Below the pieces are notes generated by a model. That model made no database searches. It was not told where the DNA came from and saw only the letters and a program-made list of their open reading frames with translations. A stretch of DNA of 64,000 bases from Lepidodermella squamata (Eukaryota > Animalia > Gastrotricha), in NCBI GenBank assembly GCA_047495785.1, contig JBLDXI010000017.1, positions 3,472,001 through 3,536,000 of the forward strand, written 5' to 3'. Positions 1 through 13,234 of this stretch are shown piece after piece (position 1 is the first letter of the stretch; every line of letters starts with the position of its first letter). Made by a program: the position numbers and the translations under genes.

Positions 1-2936
1 AACAAGGGCATTACTTCGTTACGAATGAAATTATGCTGCTCGTCGATTGTCATCGAACCCTCCTGGCCATTCGACTTGCCAATCACAATGCCAATAACGT
101 CTTCGACCAGGCGATAAGCACGTTTCTGAAGCGCTGGGAACTGGATAGCTGTTAGTAGGTCTTTCACCGTGGCGCGTTGCGTTTGAACCAAAAATGTTCG
201 GTTCAAAGCTGGCGAGAATCGGCCCATCATTGCGTCGCATAAATCCAAGAGTAGAGGCGGAAGCGAAATGACGCTAGCTCCGTCATCCTTCTCGTCCTCA
301 ACCATAGCGCTACCTTCAACCGCCTTCTTCATTTTGGCGAGAGCTTCGCTCAGCCTTACCCAGGTGCGATCCAGGAAGTGCTGAGCCAACTCCGCGGTTA
401 TTGCTTCGGCGTTCGACATCCACAGTCGAACAGTTTGAAGCACCAAACCATCGTCTTCGGCAGAGTTCAGCACATCGCTCTCCTCAGCTTGGTTGATATG
501 CAGATTGAATAGAATCGGGAGATAATTCTTTGCATATCTAGACAGCTGAGACGGCGCGTTGTCAACAAGTCGCCGCAACGCATTGAGAATAAACGGCCTG
601 ATTGGCGCGTCATTTGTCAGTCGATCTCCCAGCAGCTTCGCGAAGTCAGCCGGTATAACGATGGGCGATGCGCTTGACGAGGTGACGCAAAACGCTGGCA
701 GGGTCGACCAAACTCGGCCGTACAGCAGCGTCAAGAACGGCGAAGGTGAGCCACCATGAGCTGCTTTCTCAGTCTCCATGGCCTTCGCAATTTGATCTTG
801 AAGAGGCAAAAGCTTTTTGATAAAATACACCAGTCTGCTTCCCCCCTCATCGTTAGCACTTGTGTTTCCGGCATATCGACTGAGGAGCGATAACAACCAC
901 GAGGCAGCATCGACTTCAGCCCGGGTCAAACGTAGCAGATTTTCAGGTGAAAGTTGCAGCAATTGAACAGTTTCAACGACAAACTGTGGCCCATAGGCGG
1001 CAATCGCGGCGCCAAAAACCTCGTCAATTGCACTCAACAGCAGCTTAATTCCAGCCTCTGGCGTCGACGTAAATCGACTCGAGGCATTGAACTGAAGTTC
1101 AGCCAAAGCAGGCAGCAATCGTTTCGTCACTTCTTGAACGGATGGTAAGGCGTTACCGAGTTGGTTGATAACATGGGCTAAGAAGTGCAAAATCTGCGGC
1201 CAGGACTCCTGATGCTCAAGACCGAGATGGGATTCCAAGGTTGAAGTGATAGATTCAGCCACATTCGCAACGGCGGATAGATCGAAATTCCCACTTTTGT
1301 TCTGCTTCACGAGCTGAGCTAACACACTGATCCAAGTCTGAAAAATGACAATAAATTGTCTTAAAGGCTAGCTAGACTTGAAAACTCGAACCTGTAGCAT
1401 ATCGGCTGCCAGAGCAGCAAGTTTTTTGCGTTCATTCAGAGCGTGGTTATCATCTTGAGCAGTGAAAGCCGATTGCAGAGATGAGGTAGCATTTGCGAAA
1501 ACGCTGAATAATGAATCGATGAATCTCGGCAACGCTGCTAGAGCTTTCGCCGAGTTTCGTCGCAGGACGGCCATATGAGCAACTTGAACACACCGAAGCC
1601 ATTCAGCGTACACAGCTACGAGAACTTGAGGAATAGTAGCCGAAGAAGATAGGGCCGGAGGTCGGAAGTCTGACATCAGCGCCGCGGCCAGAGATTCAGC
1701 TAGAGATACACCAGTCGTCTCTTTCTCCAGGCTATTGGCGTCATTTGCACAGCAAGCCGATAAAGCCGCATAAGCCAACAAACGAACGGTTTGGGATCCC
1801 AAAATCGTGAACTGTAATTAAAGTTATTAAAACAAATTATTGTTATTCCGATAATAATTTCTTACCGAGAGAAGGCGCTCAGCCAGTACTTTAATTGTGC
1901 TCTGAGGCATGTATTGAGCGACGTCACGAGTGAGAGCCAAGCATCGTCGAAGCTGAGGTTCGTTCGCATCCGCTCCGCTTGAAACTCGTTTAGTGGTAGA
2001 TAATAACATCTCAGCTGTCTGCTTTCCAACGAAGCCCAGCGCATAAATATGTGGATCAGAGACGATTCTCACAACGGCCGCGTGCGCAGTCCTCCGAATT
2101 CGCGGCTTTGAGTGGAAAACAAAGTGAAACAACGAGGCGTAGAGCTGAGCAGACATGCCGTTCGGCAGTCGCCAGTCTTCAGGCTCGCTTTTCAAAACTG
2201 CGCTCAATGAACTAGCACGAGCGTATAGAATTCGTGACATCATGCCAATAACGGACCGCAGAAGCAAAATACCGGCTGCGCCAGTGGCATCTACATTTTC
2301 CTCATCATTTTCGCCTTCCTCGTCACTCTCTGCATTTTGAGTAGATTCATGAACAGCCAATTGGGCAATGGGCAGCATTTGATGAATCCTCTTTGTTAAA
2401 GTTGAAATGTGACGAAGAACAACGGCTGCCGGAACTCGGCGGATAACAGCCGAAAACGGATAAGCAATTCCAGTGACTTGAAGTAAAATCGCCATACGCT
2501 TTTCCTCGTTTTTCGTTGAAAGATATGATGCCATTAAATCACCCGTGGAGTCCATCAATGGCAATAATGTGCCAAAATACGCGCAAAAAGACTCGGTGAA
2601 GTCCTCTGATAACCTTTCACGAAGAATGTCACTGCTGGTTTCCAATGCAGCATTTATGCATTTTTGAAGGGCAGGTGGTTGAGGATGAAGCCCAAGAAAA
2701 ACAGCAGACGAAGATGCCATGAAATTAGTATTTGCACCTCCGGGGTTTTCACTGTTATCCAATCCATCGGCCTGCAATGGCGCTAACCTAGTTGAAGCGC
2801 TTAATGAAAAGTTTTTCTTCTTCCGGTAAGCTCTGGCGGCATCTCGGTGAAGAGTCACGCCAGGGTTAGAGCTGCTGCTCTCACCTGGACGAAGTCCTCT
2901 TTTCCTGCTAGCGGCGGCAACAGGTCGATTTTTCAT
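1..2936 (-). CDS. RRP12: RRP12-like ribosome biogenesis HEAT-repeat protein (NUC173 domain); 3' end runs off the window
   Basis: Exons 2936-1866, 1811-1393 and 1337-<1, joined by GT-AG introns of 54 and 55 nt. Motifs HSKPRIRRTAH, GAAIAAYGP, VWSTLPAFC and LSRYAKNYLPILFNL match RRP12. Confidence 0.88.
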
Positions 2937-3002
2937 ATTATTCTCAAGTAAAAGCCTAAATATGATGACGATATGAAATCATGCTATGCTAAAGTGGCGA
3001 TA

Positions 3003-4852
3003 TTATTGCTGCTTTTTGCCTAAAATTCGAACCCCTTTCAGGCAAAGCAATAAAGTAGGTGAGAGACGCGCATCGGAACCTCCCTTTGATTTGGGATTGG
3101 AAGGTTGCTGTGCGTCATCTTGCTCATATGGAATGTGTATCGAGACTACTTCTTTCTCCTTATCGACCTTCGAACTTACGGTTACCCCGATTACATAACT
3201 TCGGGGTTCTCGAATCACAGGAACCTTCTGCCTGTCGTCGAACCACAAAAATATGGCATGCCGCGATTCCAGCCAGCGTCTAAAACTCTGGCGTAAAGAG
3301 GCTGCATCGTTAGGAAGAACAGCAGCTGAAAATAATATTGTTACACGAACATCCATGGCACTGCAATAAAGAACCTACTCGGTTGTCTGAAGTCGTCGTG
3401 CGAGACAATCTGAGCGTCTGGACCGCTGTACAACGCTGCCAATATGAGCAGCGAATCATCGTCGGAAAGATTCTGAAAGATTCAGTGGAATTATTCAGCC
3501 TTGACAATTCGATAATAGCTTACATCCGAAAGAAAAAGCTTAACCATAGGATGCATTTTACGCAGTTGCTTCATAACACCATGAGACCAAGTATTATCAA
3601 CATGTTTTTTGGCAACAATTAGAACGCGTTGCTTTTTGACATCAACGCAATGGGATGCCAACTTTAGAACAGTGTCACCCCGTTGCGAGAACTTGGGGTT
3701 CCGCAAACCTCCATGTCGATGGGAAATGTTAAGCCCATCTATGATAACATCGAAAGGAGCATTAAGCTCTAAAAACTTGTTGAATGTAGCCATCTCCCCG
3801 GGGGTTGAGCGCAGAAACTCCAGTGAAGTGTCCGCGGATGCGGCTCGCTGTTTAGAACTTGGCGAGAAAGCGTGATGGATGAAAGCAGTTTTTATCTCTT
3901 CAAACACTTCAGCGGGTACATGCAAACGAGGTAGTGAATATTTGCAAGCACGGCATTTTCCCTCAAAGTTGAGTGTAACTTCTTCTTTGATATTATACGA
4001 TGTCATTTCAAACGGTTTAATTGTTACTATGGCTTTGGCCAAGACATGTGCTGCGTTCTGCTTCAATAATAAGCACCCAGACCCTGATTCGTTCAAAGTT
4101 AATGCCTCCAATTGCTTCAGAAGGAAACCTAACATGCCAGCGCAGATGGCCGATTTATTCCTGAGCAAAGATTCTGCAGCTATTGCAGTCGCTTGGCTTA
4201 TAAGAGAATTGCATTCAGCCCTTGAATACGAACGTGTTGCAGCTCCAAAAACATCCGTAATCAATTCTTCGAAGTCACTAATCGAATTATCTCTGATTGA
4301 AGAAGCGATTAACGGCAAACGAATCCGAGTAATCTGGTTGTTATCGTATGCTTGGAGACCCGCCTTCATTGCGGAAATTATTTGGTGGCTTGTATTTTTC
4401 CAATTATTCGTGAAAGAGACGCCCAATATAATGTCAGATGCCGTTTGCAAGTCAAAAGGTCCTTTAATGGAAAGCCGTTGTAGAATATTCTCCATCTCAT
4501 CTCGACTCACTTCTCTAACTTCATTTTGAGAAGTGGCGCACAGCCGTAAATATGGCGCAATAACAAACGGGCTAGATGCAACCTTAGGATGAGCTCGTTC
4601 TAGGAAACGAAACAGAGATGCCGCTTGTGGGTAATCTTTCGGCGTAAAAGATCGCAAAACTTTCACAGCTGCTCTGCCAACTTCAGTTTCTGAGTATTTT
4701 GACACCGAACCATCCTCGCTATTGCCAAGTTTGGCTTTCCAATCGACTTCAGAGTAATCTTCAGAGGGAGAATGGGCAAGATGTCGGCTTGGAAATACGA
4801 GTTGGCAACTTCGCTTCAACGATGAAGTCGGAAGTAAAAGTCGATTAAGCAT
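3003..4852 (-). CDS. PRORP: Protein-only mitochondrial RNase P catalytic subunit (MRPP3/PRORP)
   Basis: Basic transit-peptide-like N-terminus, helical region and CRAC zinc motif. NYN nuclease motifs FDVIIDGLNI and, after the intron at 3473-3523, SDDDSLLILAALYSG..IVSHDDFRQ. Two short introns; stop at 3003. Confidence 0.9.
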
Positions 4853-5319
4853 AAACTTGAAATTAAATAGCTAATCACCACAAACGAGTAGGTATTCTAG
4901 AAAAATAGTGACACTGTATACTTTGGGATTTAAAATACTATCAAAGCAATTATTCACTACGATAATCGCAAATACCAAGTTCAAAATGTATCGTTAAAAG
5001 CATAAAAAGAAGCTGAAGACAAAGACGAACTATGCGCTTGTCCATCGAACATCGACGGGCTCAAAATGCTTTTATCGAGGGTCAATGCTAACCGAACTCC
5101 TCATTATATGTGAGCTATTGGATTTTTCTCCGAAATAAGTACTTATACCAGGATTCTCAGGTAAGAGAAATGGATAAAGGACAAATACTCATATAGCTGT
5201 CAAGTCAGTGAAATCTTGGCCGGAAAGTAGGATCAAATAGCTTTTGGCACTTACCTGCGGATTTCTGAGGATCTTATATCTTATCAGCGGGTTCTGCAAT
5301 GTATGAAAATAATTAGCAC

Positions 5320-5830
5320 CTCAGCCGGCTCACCTCGAGGCGAAGCCCGTTGCCCAATTCTTTTAGTATTTTATCTAGAGGCCAGCCTTCGAGAACTCAG
5401 GTTCTTGATGCCCCATAACGAATACATGCTGAGAAAGTTCATTTACGCCGACGACACGGACATATTCACGGCTGACAAAGCTCAAGCCGATCACACCGAA
5501 AGCATAGTTAAAGACAACTTAAAGGAGTGGAATCTGCAGGCCATCAATAGGACAGAGAAAACTCGTGTCTTCAGTCATCAGAAACTTTGATGATCCTGGT
5601 AAGCCATGTTGCAAAATAACGCCATTTGGGAGAGGAAGAAGACTTTGAACATAATCCAGCTTTCATCAATCGCATTCGACAACATTAGTACGATGTGGAA
5701 GGCTAATATTGATTGTATCGATAGTAATATCAACCGCAAACCGCGAAATTAGGATTCATCAATGCACAGTGTTGTCAATCTTCTGCGAGACGTGAGGCTT
5801 GAGGTTAGAGGCTTGACATCAAGGAGATTA
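5320..5830 (+). mobile_element. Decayed non-LTR retrotransposon (RTE-like) reverse transcriptase fragment
   Basis: GSPRGEARCPILLVFYLE (degenerate G.PQG..LSP.LF), FIYADD and LKEWNL..N..EKT, followed by stop- and frameshift-broken AF..ISTMW and CET*GL motifs. Confidence 0.75.
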
Positions 5831-8436
5831 TCACAAAAGACAGCTTTGATTAAGAAGATGGTGTTTCATTGGACTCATACTCGGCACCATGTCGTTGGCT
5901 CCCTGATCCCTGAACTAACTGCGGTCCGCGTTTAGAATTAAGTTCCATTTTATACAAGAGTAAGGAGGAAGCGGCAAGTCCCTTTTGTCCAAGTAAGACC
6001 CCTGAAAACCTTTGATCTTGAATCGGCTCGGTCGCCCGCAGGCCCACGTGGCTGCTATTAATGCGTTTTCCGCGCCATATCGTATTGACATTAAATATCA
6101 CACATCGAGCATTATTGAGTGATAAATTAGCATATATGTTTTAATTGCTAACCAACTTTCTGTAATTTGAAATTTGCCGCCAACTGAAAAAACGCGAGCC
6201 ACATCTGCGGCTAACGTAACGCTTCTTGGCTTTTGCATTTTCTTTGCTGCGAAAAAATCTAGTCTCTGGGCCACAATTCACACGTCGTTTGCGAACAAAA
6301 CGATGCCTGTATATTCTCGAAGTATGGGTACTATAGATCTGAAAACAGCTGGTAAATTTTGATAGAATTCTACCACAGATTCACCGTGAAAAGTGGCCGT
6401 TTCCAATTTTGTTAGTAGAAGTGCCCTCCCAGAGGGCGTCGCTCTCTGGGGGTCAACTATTTTTGATTAATCAATCGATTTTCAGGGGATTATGGACTGG
6501 TCTTTTTGCTTTTTGCGTAGTGTTCTGTTAACTGTTATCCAACTTGAAATCTCATGTCATGATATTCTAGCCAAGTAGGAGTTGAGCGCCAGGAGATGCG
6601 TGCCGAATTCCCGCTTAGTTTTTTCGGCCAAACCTAATGCTAATGCCCACTGAAAAGCTTGCATCGCACTAAGAGCACCTTTCAAGCGTCAATTATTCTT
6701 GATGACCGCTTTCTCCAGCTTACTAGCATTTGGTTTTATTCTTCATTTATCAAAATCCGCTGTCCGAATGAAGATGAAGTCTTTGAATAAGTAATAAAAT
6801 TTGTGTTTATTTGGATTGAGCCAGTGCCGAAAAGCGAAAAGTCTTTGAATTTGGCTGGAAATATGCTAACATATTCAATGATTGATCAATGAACAGGAAC
6901 TTGGAAAGGTACAAGGTACGCGAGGTCTCTCAATGATACTTGAAGTTGATTCAATCCCAAGTTCCGTGAGAAATTCAGTGTTCTGACACCACATTTCAAA
7001 TTATTTACTCGAGAACGGGGAATTGAATGGATATTCCTCTATTTTTAGATAAATTTGAGAGGCTCTTTTGTAATGCTCTATTATTTATTGTTCTTTCATG
7101 ACCAAGTCTGAGGCAATATCCGTTTCATTCGCACTCTATATTTGTTCGTCAGATGATTTTTGTGCGTGGGAATTCGTTGTCCATGCCACCTTTAGAACTA
7201 AGAAAATAAGCTGTTTCTGTCAGATTCTCGTGAACCGAAAACCAACACGCCCGAAAATGGTAACGGTACCTCTTGCTCCCACTAGAAAGCTCGCTACAAA
7301 TCATTTTCTTTTCTTGAGGTGGGGATGAATTTACATTTGAATTATTTGTACGTCTCAGCCATAAAGCGATTCGCGTCAGCGTAATTATTCGTGTCTCTGA
7401 TTACATTCTTCGCATTAGGCATAAGCGCGAGGCAGATCCAGAGCTGAGTAATTTTTTAATTTCAATAAGTATTCACAGTTTATAAGGCACATGCCGGCTG
7501 AATAAATACGGAATTAATTCAGGTTGGACCTGCATGAAGATAGCTTGTTAATAATTTTATGAAGATGAAATCTGTTTCGTTTTTACAACTATTTGGTTAG
7601 TAGAAAGAATATTTCTTGAACTTCGAATAATTAGCTTAATTAGCATAAATTATGATCGAGCTGTAAATTACTATGGAGTGAGTTGAATTTCCACAGTGTC
7701 ATCCTGTTGCTATCATCTTTGCATAAGATTAGTAATTATTTTAAACTCTTGTATGTGAGAGATGGCTTAAACCGCAGCTAACTAGTTTAACTAGTAGTTA
7801 TCTTTCGATCACGCCCACCCTTGTCTTTATCTTTTCTTTATCAAAAAAGCGTCTGCTATGCGATGTGTGATTCTAGCTGCAGCTGTCTGGCGTGAGAAAA
7901 GTGATATAATTGCAAAAAATGTTTAGAACTGCCGGAATTATGTTGACTAAAATGCATTGCACTGTCAGCATCATGCTTCGCTCTAAAAAAATGCGGCAGT
8001 AGCTCTATGCATCACTTGCTACGCATTCATGCATTTCTGATTCATCACTTGGATGACCCTGCTGAGCCTGTTGTAGACTAGTATTTTTCATACAATGCAG
8101 CTGAGTTTTTCATTATGATTTTTGTACAATTATTTACACCTCCGAGAATGGAACCACGCCCCTTGTGTTGGGCAATTTTGCCCGCTTATGGTTCCTTTAT
8201 GTAAAAGCAGACATAATAAGAAGAGAATAAAAAACGCGCTGGCGCGTTCGTTTACTATACTCTCTTTCTTACATTAAATTACGTTTTCGCATTTCTCGTC
8301 CGAGTATAAAGCATACGCCGCGCTTGCTCTAGTACTTTCATTACGCTCTATACTTATGTGCGGCGCTGCGGTCCGCCGATCAATGTATACACGCAATGCG
8401 GCCGGCAGCCAGCCAATAGGATTCGAGCGCCGTCTT

Positions 8437-8450
8437 GTTGCCTTAGTAAC
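8437..8450. promoter_or_regulatory. Candidate RFX X-box upstream of calmodulin
   Basis: GTTGCCTTAGTAAC fits the 14-bp X-box consensus RYYNYYWWRRNRAC. It lies ~25 bp from a CCAAT box (8413) and ~235 bp before the ATG. Confidence 0.5.
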
Positions 8451-8683
8451 AACGGGTTGTTGCTGTAGCTTTCTGATTAAAATTTGTATGCATTGGACCG
8501 CATAAGCGTCTAAGCGGGGCACCATAAATGATGTACCTCACAATATGTTAGATTCTTCTAACTTTACTACTAACTAGTACCTAACATTTCACTTGCAATC
8601 AATTTCTATAAACAGCTTTATTTCTTTATTTAGTGATTTTTGTACATTTGGCCTGTTAATTTACCGAATTTCCTCAGGTTACA

Positions 8684-9242
<559 letters not shown>

Positions 9243-10541
9243 GAAGCAGGAGAAATGATTCTTGTCGCGATCATCTGTCCACGTGAACATGCCTGTCTCT
9301 GTTTGTCATAGTATGTGGCTTAGTTCGGCTGGCACGATGATTGCTTCTATTTTCTCTTTCTTATTACATCTCTTTTTCTTTCTCTTCCGTTTATTGCACA
9401 GAAGCTGGCCGTGCGTTTGTACGATAGTTTATTTAAGATCATGTTAAATTTTACATGCCACTGCGATGCAACAGAACCGTATTTACAGCTACGGCTGATC
9501 GTATTCTTCGGTCGCGCTCATCCGGAATTTCCAGCTGGAGGTGCAGACCGCTCTCACGGTTGCATGTGCTCGCACCATAAATGTACAGTGTTCTTCTATG
9601 ACGATTCATATTCATGTTGTTCGTGCATCAAATCGTCTTGCCTGCTCGTGTCTGTTATCACTAACTATAATAACGAGCGTAGGCAAAATTGCCAGTCTTG
9701 CTTGCTTGCGCATTCCGTTTGGACTTTGGCAACGGCAATAAACTGAACGATTCACCGTCGTTTGGTCGTTGTGTCCGCTTGTCATCAAATCTGGTCTTAA
9801 ATTGAGCTATTCGTATAATTATTTACGCGTGGTTTTCGTATCGATCACGATGTCGGTTAATAAATAAATCAAAACAGAGAATAAATACAAAAATATGGAA
9901 TCCGTTGCGTTCTTTTTGATATTGTCATGGGAAGCTGAAAGATGACCATTGAACCTAAAATGATTGAAGTAAAGCCACCGTAAGGTGTGGGGTAAATTGA
10001 CCGTCTCATCGCTAATTTCGTAGAGAAAGACCTGTCCGATTTATTTATAAGAATGCTCCTATTGACCCGCATTCTGCCGAATTCAAAAAATCATTTTTCG
10101 ACTGACATAATGTATATGATGCTACCTGATTAAATTAAGTCTCTGTGATTTTAAACACTAATATCTCGCAATCCTAGTATCGGAAGTCTATGCCATTTTT
10201 ACGAAATGGATCATGGTCCTAGTTGTTAACCGATGGCTCATCGTATAGTTACATAGCGATAAAATAGCAAATTACCCTATGCTCAGTCCAAGAACCCCAC
10301 CTTATCCACATGGCTTCTGTCCCCTGTCTGTTCTATTTTATCTTTTTCCGACCAGGTATGAACGGTTGATGGAGAATTACGTACACGGGGATTTTTCAAT
10401 GACATGAGAGACTTGAAGAAACCACATCAAAGAAACCACATCAATAAAAAAAATCGCCATTGTCTGGGCTAAAATTGTTCAAGCAAAACATTGGATAGAT
10501 TTTCCAGCATCTTAGCACGGAAAATTCTGAATTTGCCAGGT

Positions 10542-11230
10542 TCAATTCGCGGCGGGCGGCGGCCGAGCATCGTTTTTCAGAGATCTATCAAGAAGTAACA
10601 TGCCAAGGTGCTGGAAAATCCACACAACAACGAGATTGAACAATTTGAGACCGTAGATAATTTTTGTATTCCTAGTTGATGATTGTGTTTTTTCGTCACT
10701 GATCGGTATTTCAAACGTCTTTTTGCCAACTTGAAAATTGCACCTGATTTGAGCCATTCCTCTTCCTGCCACTGTCAACTTGTAGGACATGACGCCTAAG
10801 AACCTTCTGTGACTCAGTGGTTGTAGCCGAACCCCTGTCGCTCGGACAAAACGCTCCTGCATAGCGTCTATCGCGTTGCTTTGAGCATTGCTTCACTCGC
10901 TAAGAATACACGCGACCATGCCGAACTCGATGATTGGTAGTAGTCGTGGGTCTTATCAGTGTCAGCAAGTTGGCGCTTGCTAATGTACGGCCGCAGTCGT
11001 AGTAAGTTGCAGCTCGCCCAAACTGTTGTCTTACGCACGGCTCCATCGAAATTCTTGTATCTAACACGAGGCCAAGAAGGTTTGTGGATTCTTCGCTTGG
11101 AGTATGTATCAGCTGCCGTTTCTTCAGCTTGTTTAATACCGCGTTTACCGCATCTGAACCGTGGTGTGGATCCAAGAAGACACGGTTTGCATGGGACCTT
11201 GGCCCACTCTTTCGCCCTTTTCTCACCTTT
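10542..11230 (-). mobile_element. Decayed non-LTR retrotransposon, region C-terminal to the RT (Jockey/CR1-like)
   Basis: Across frames: LLGLVLDTRIS, LLPIIEFGMVA, AIDAMQERFVR and LQPLSHRR, in the order typical of LINE ORF2 tails, with stops. A 14-bp tandem duplication at 10416-10443 may mark the 3' end. Confidence 0.6.
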
Positions 11231-12129
11231 TTTCTCGCCTTTTGCTTTGCAGTTTGGTCTCGTTCAAGTCAGCTTCTTAATATCAAATCAAAAGGAATCA
11301 AAAGTAGGACCAGCTGTGTTAATGCCGGAGCATAGGCTGAGGATTACGAATAATTTATCTCCGAGGAGCCAGATGAGAAAAGTTCAACACGATTTTAACG
11401 AAACGAGCCATAATTGCCTCGTTACCGGTGTGAATATTTAGATCTTTAGAATCACTGGTTGAGGTGCTGTTCTGGGGCTTACCTTGGCAACTGGCAACAA
11501 CAAGGTTGCTCGTTGGTCGCGTCGTTTTCCTTTTATGAAAGCGGGAAGCCTGCAAGCGCGAGATGCATAAATATATTAATGACGAAATCTGTTCGTCTCG
11601 CCTAGTCGGGGAATCTAAAATGGGACATGGTATCTGCTCAGATCATACACAACGCACAACCGGGATGAGATGGGAGCTAGGAGCTAGGCCAGAAATTTAG
11701 TTTACTGCGGCAAATCCCAAACATCGATAAAAAGTTTGAATATATATTTCTATTTAAATTTAAAAATTACTAAAGATTTTTAGGTTTGCATTTTTTGATA
11801 ATTTTTCAAGTTCAAACCTTGATTGCAAAAGTTTGGTTGAGGTTTTTTTGCGTGAATAACTACCGTTTTTTGAACCTGTTGAACACGGAATATCCTTTAA
11901 ACTTCAAACTTCAAACTTCATAACTGCTTGTAGGTTGTGCACTGCGCCGTTAGGTATCTAGAAGAACGGAATCACTGAGAAGAAATTGTTTCCATAATTC
12001 CCAACCAATTATAGCCCCAATTAGCCCTTATGTTTACGTTTAGAACATGGATTTAATGAATGGGGGCGAATTGCGGTATGTGATAGCTCTGTCCATGTAA
12101 GCCAATCGCACGATAAAGCTTCTGAATTT

Positions 12130-12480
12130 CAAAAAGAAGGTATCAATTGCTTGCGCTCGAGAATAAATTTTTCAGTGCATTGAAATCTGATTTTTGTTGC
12201 GAGCATTGGAAGGACTTGCTCGACTTTCCCCTCGACTTCTGTCGCTGTATTTGAGGGCACATGTCTAAGGGTTATAGATATGAGCATTTTGCTGGAAGAT
12301 GACCAGTCCGTAGTCAAATGTGCTGCATAGTTGATGCGCGAGGCGCAATATTGTCAGTGCTCCAAAAAGTGGTTTTCTGTCTCGTAACCGGTCAGACAAT
12401 TTTAGTCTCTTGCCTTCCATTACAAAAACATGACATGGCTGTCATTTCGACTCCTTACTCGCGTAGATTACAGGCAATTT
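12130..12480 (-). mobile_element. Possible LINE ORF2 C-terminal CCHC zinc-knuckle remnant
   Basis: Translation D*NCLTGYETENHFLEH*QYCASR resembles C..C...ET..HFL..C..Y...R, with in-frame stops. Confidence 0.4.
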
Positions 12481-13234
12481 GAATGGGCAAAAAGAGTTTT
12501 CCTACAAAAACTTAGGATCTAAATGGCCCAGCGACTCCCCAACAATCAAAATACGTGAGATTAGCGAGACAAATCGCAGGAAACTCATCCAATCTTGTTA
12601 CCCTATCAGCTGAGCCTCTGAATCTGTCTCGTAATTTAATTACTATATTACCGTCTTTTTGGAGCTCTGAATATTGTTCTCTTATCTCACCAATGAAACT
12701 CAGCGCTCAGCTCTTCGCAACATTTAAAAAAGAACTAAAATTGCGGTAGGTTGCTCAAGGTATATACTTATCTAAGTTTTGAAAATTCAATATTAACTGG
12801 ACTACAGAAACTGAGCTGAACTATAGTATTATTTTCGGCCCACGCGATCGGCTCAAATGTGTTCCGGCATGGAGAAATAATTAATAGAATTTGAAAAGCG
12901 TTCAAAAGCTTTGGCTCGTCAACGGAATCCCATTTGAAATTACCCGTCGAAATTTTTATTATAGTCGCGGCAAAACCATTCGGCCGGTTCCCGATCTTAT
13001 TTCATTTAGTTCCTGCAGTTATGATATGTCTCTCAGTTATGTTAATAAGGGGTGGATATTCCTTGCTTTTATCAAATCTGAGGAACGCGTCGAACGACGA
13101 AGGGATAGCCTCACAGCCATCTATTAAACTGCGGAAATAGAGGTTTTAATGACTTGGACGTAATTCTTCTTTTATTAGCTTAATGTTAGTCACTTAACAG
13201 ATCGTTAAATCATGAAGCTGTTTGTAATGCTGCA

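Noticed and set aside
5247-5262. CTTACCTG motifs (also ~17046) resembling the U1 snRNA 5' end or an SL RNA donor
   Set aside because: No continuation of U1 sequence or structure and no properly placed Sm site. Probably a degraded repeat.
6424-6465. GC-rich hairpin CCCAGAGGGC-gtc-GCTCTCTGGG followed by ctat and a T run (Helitron-end-like)
   Set aside because: No CTRR terminus, no matching 5' end and no second copy in the window.
9411-9746. Cys-rich 111-aa ORF after calmodulin
   Set aside because: Non-ATG start, and it lies in the presumptive 3' UTR ending at the AATAAA signals (~9737, ~9859).
11478-11491. X-box-like CTTACCTTGGCAAC
   Set aside because: Imperfect first base, adjacent to a LINE remnant and not near a gene start.
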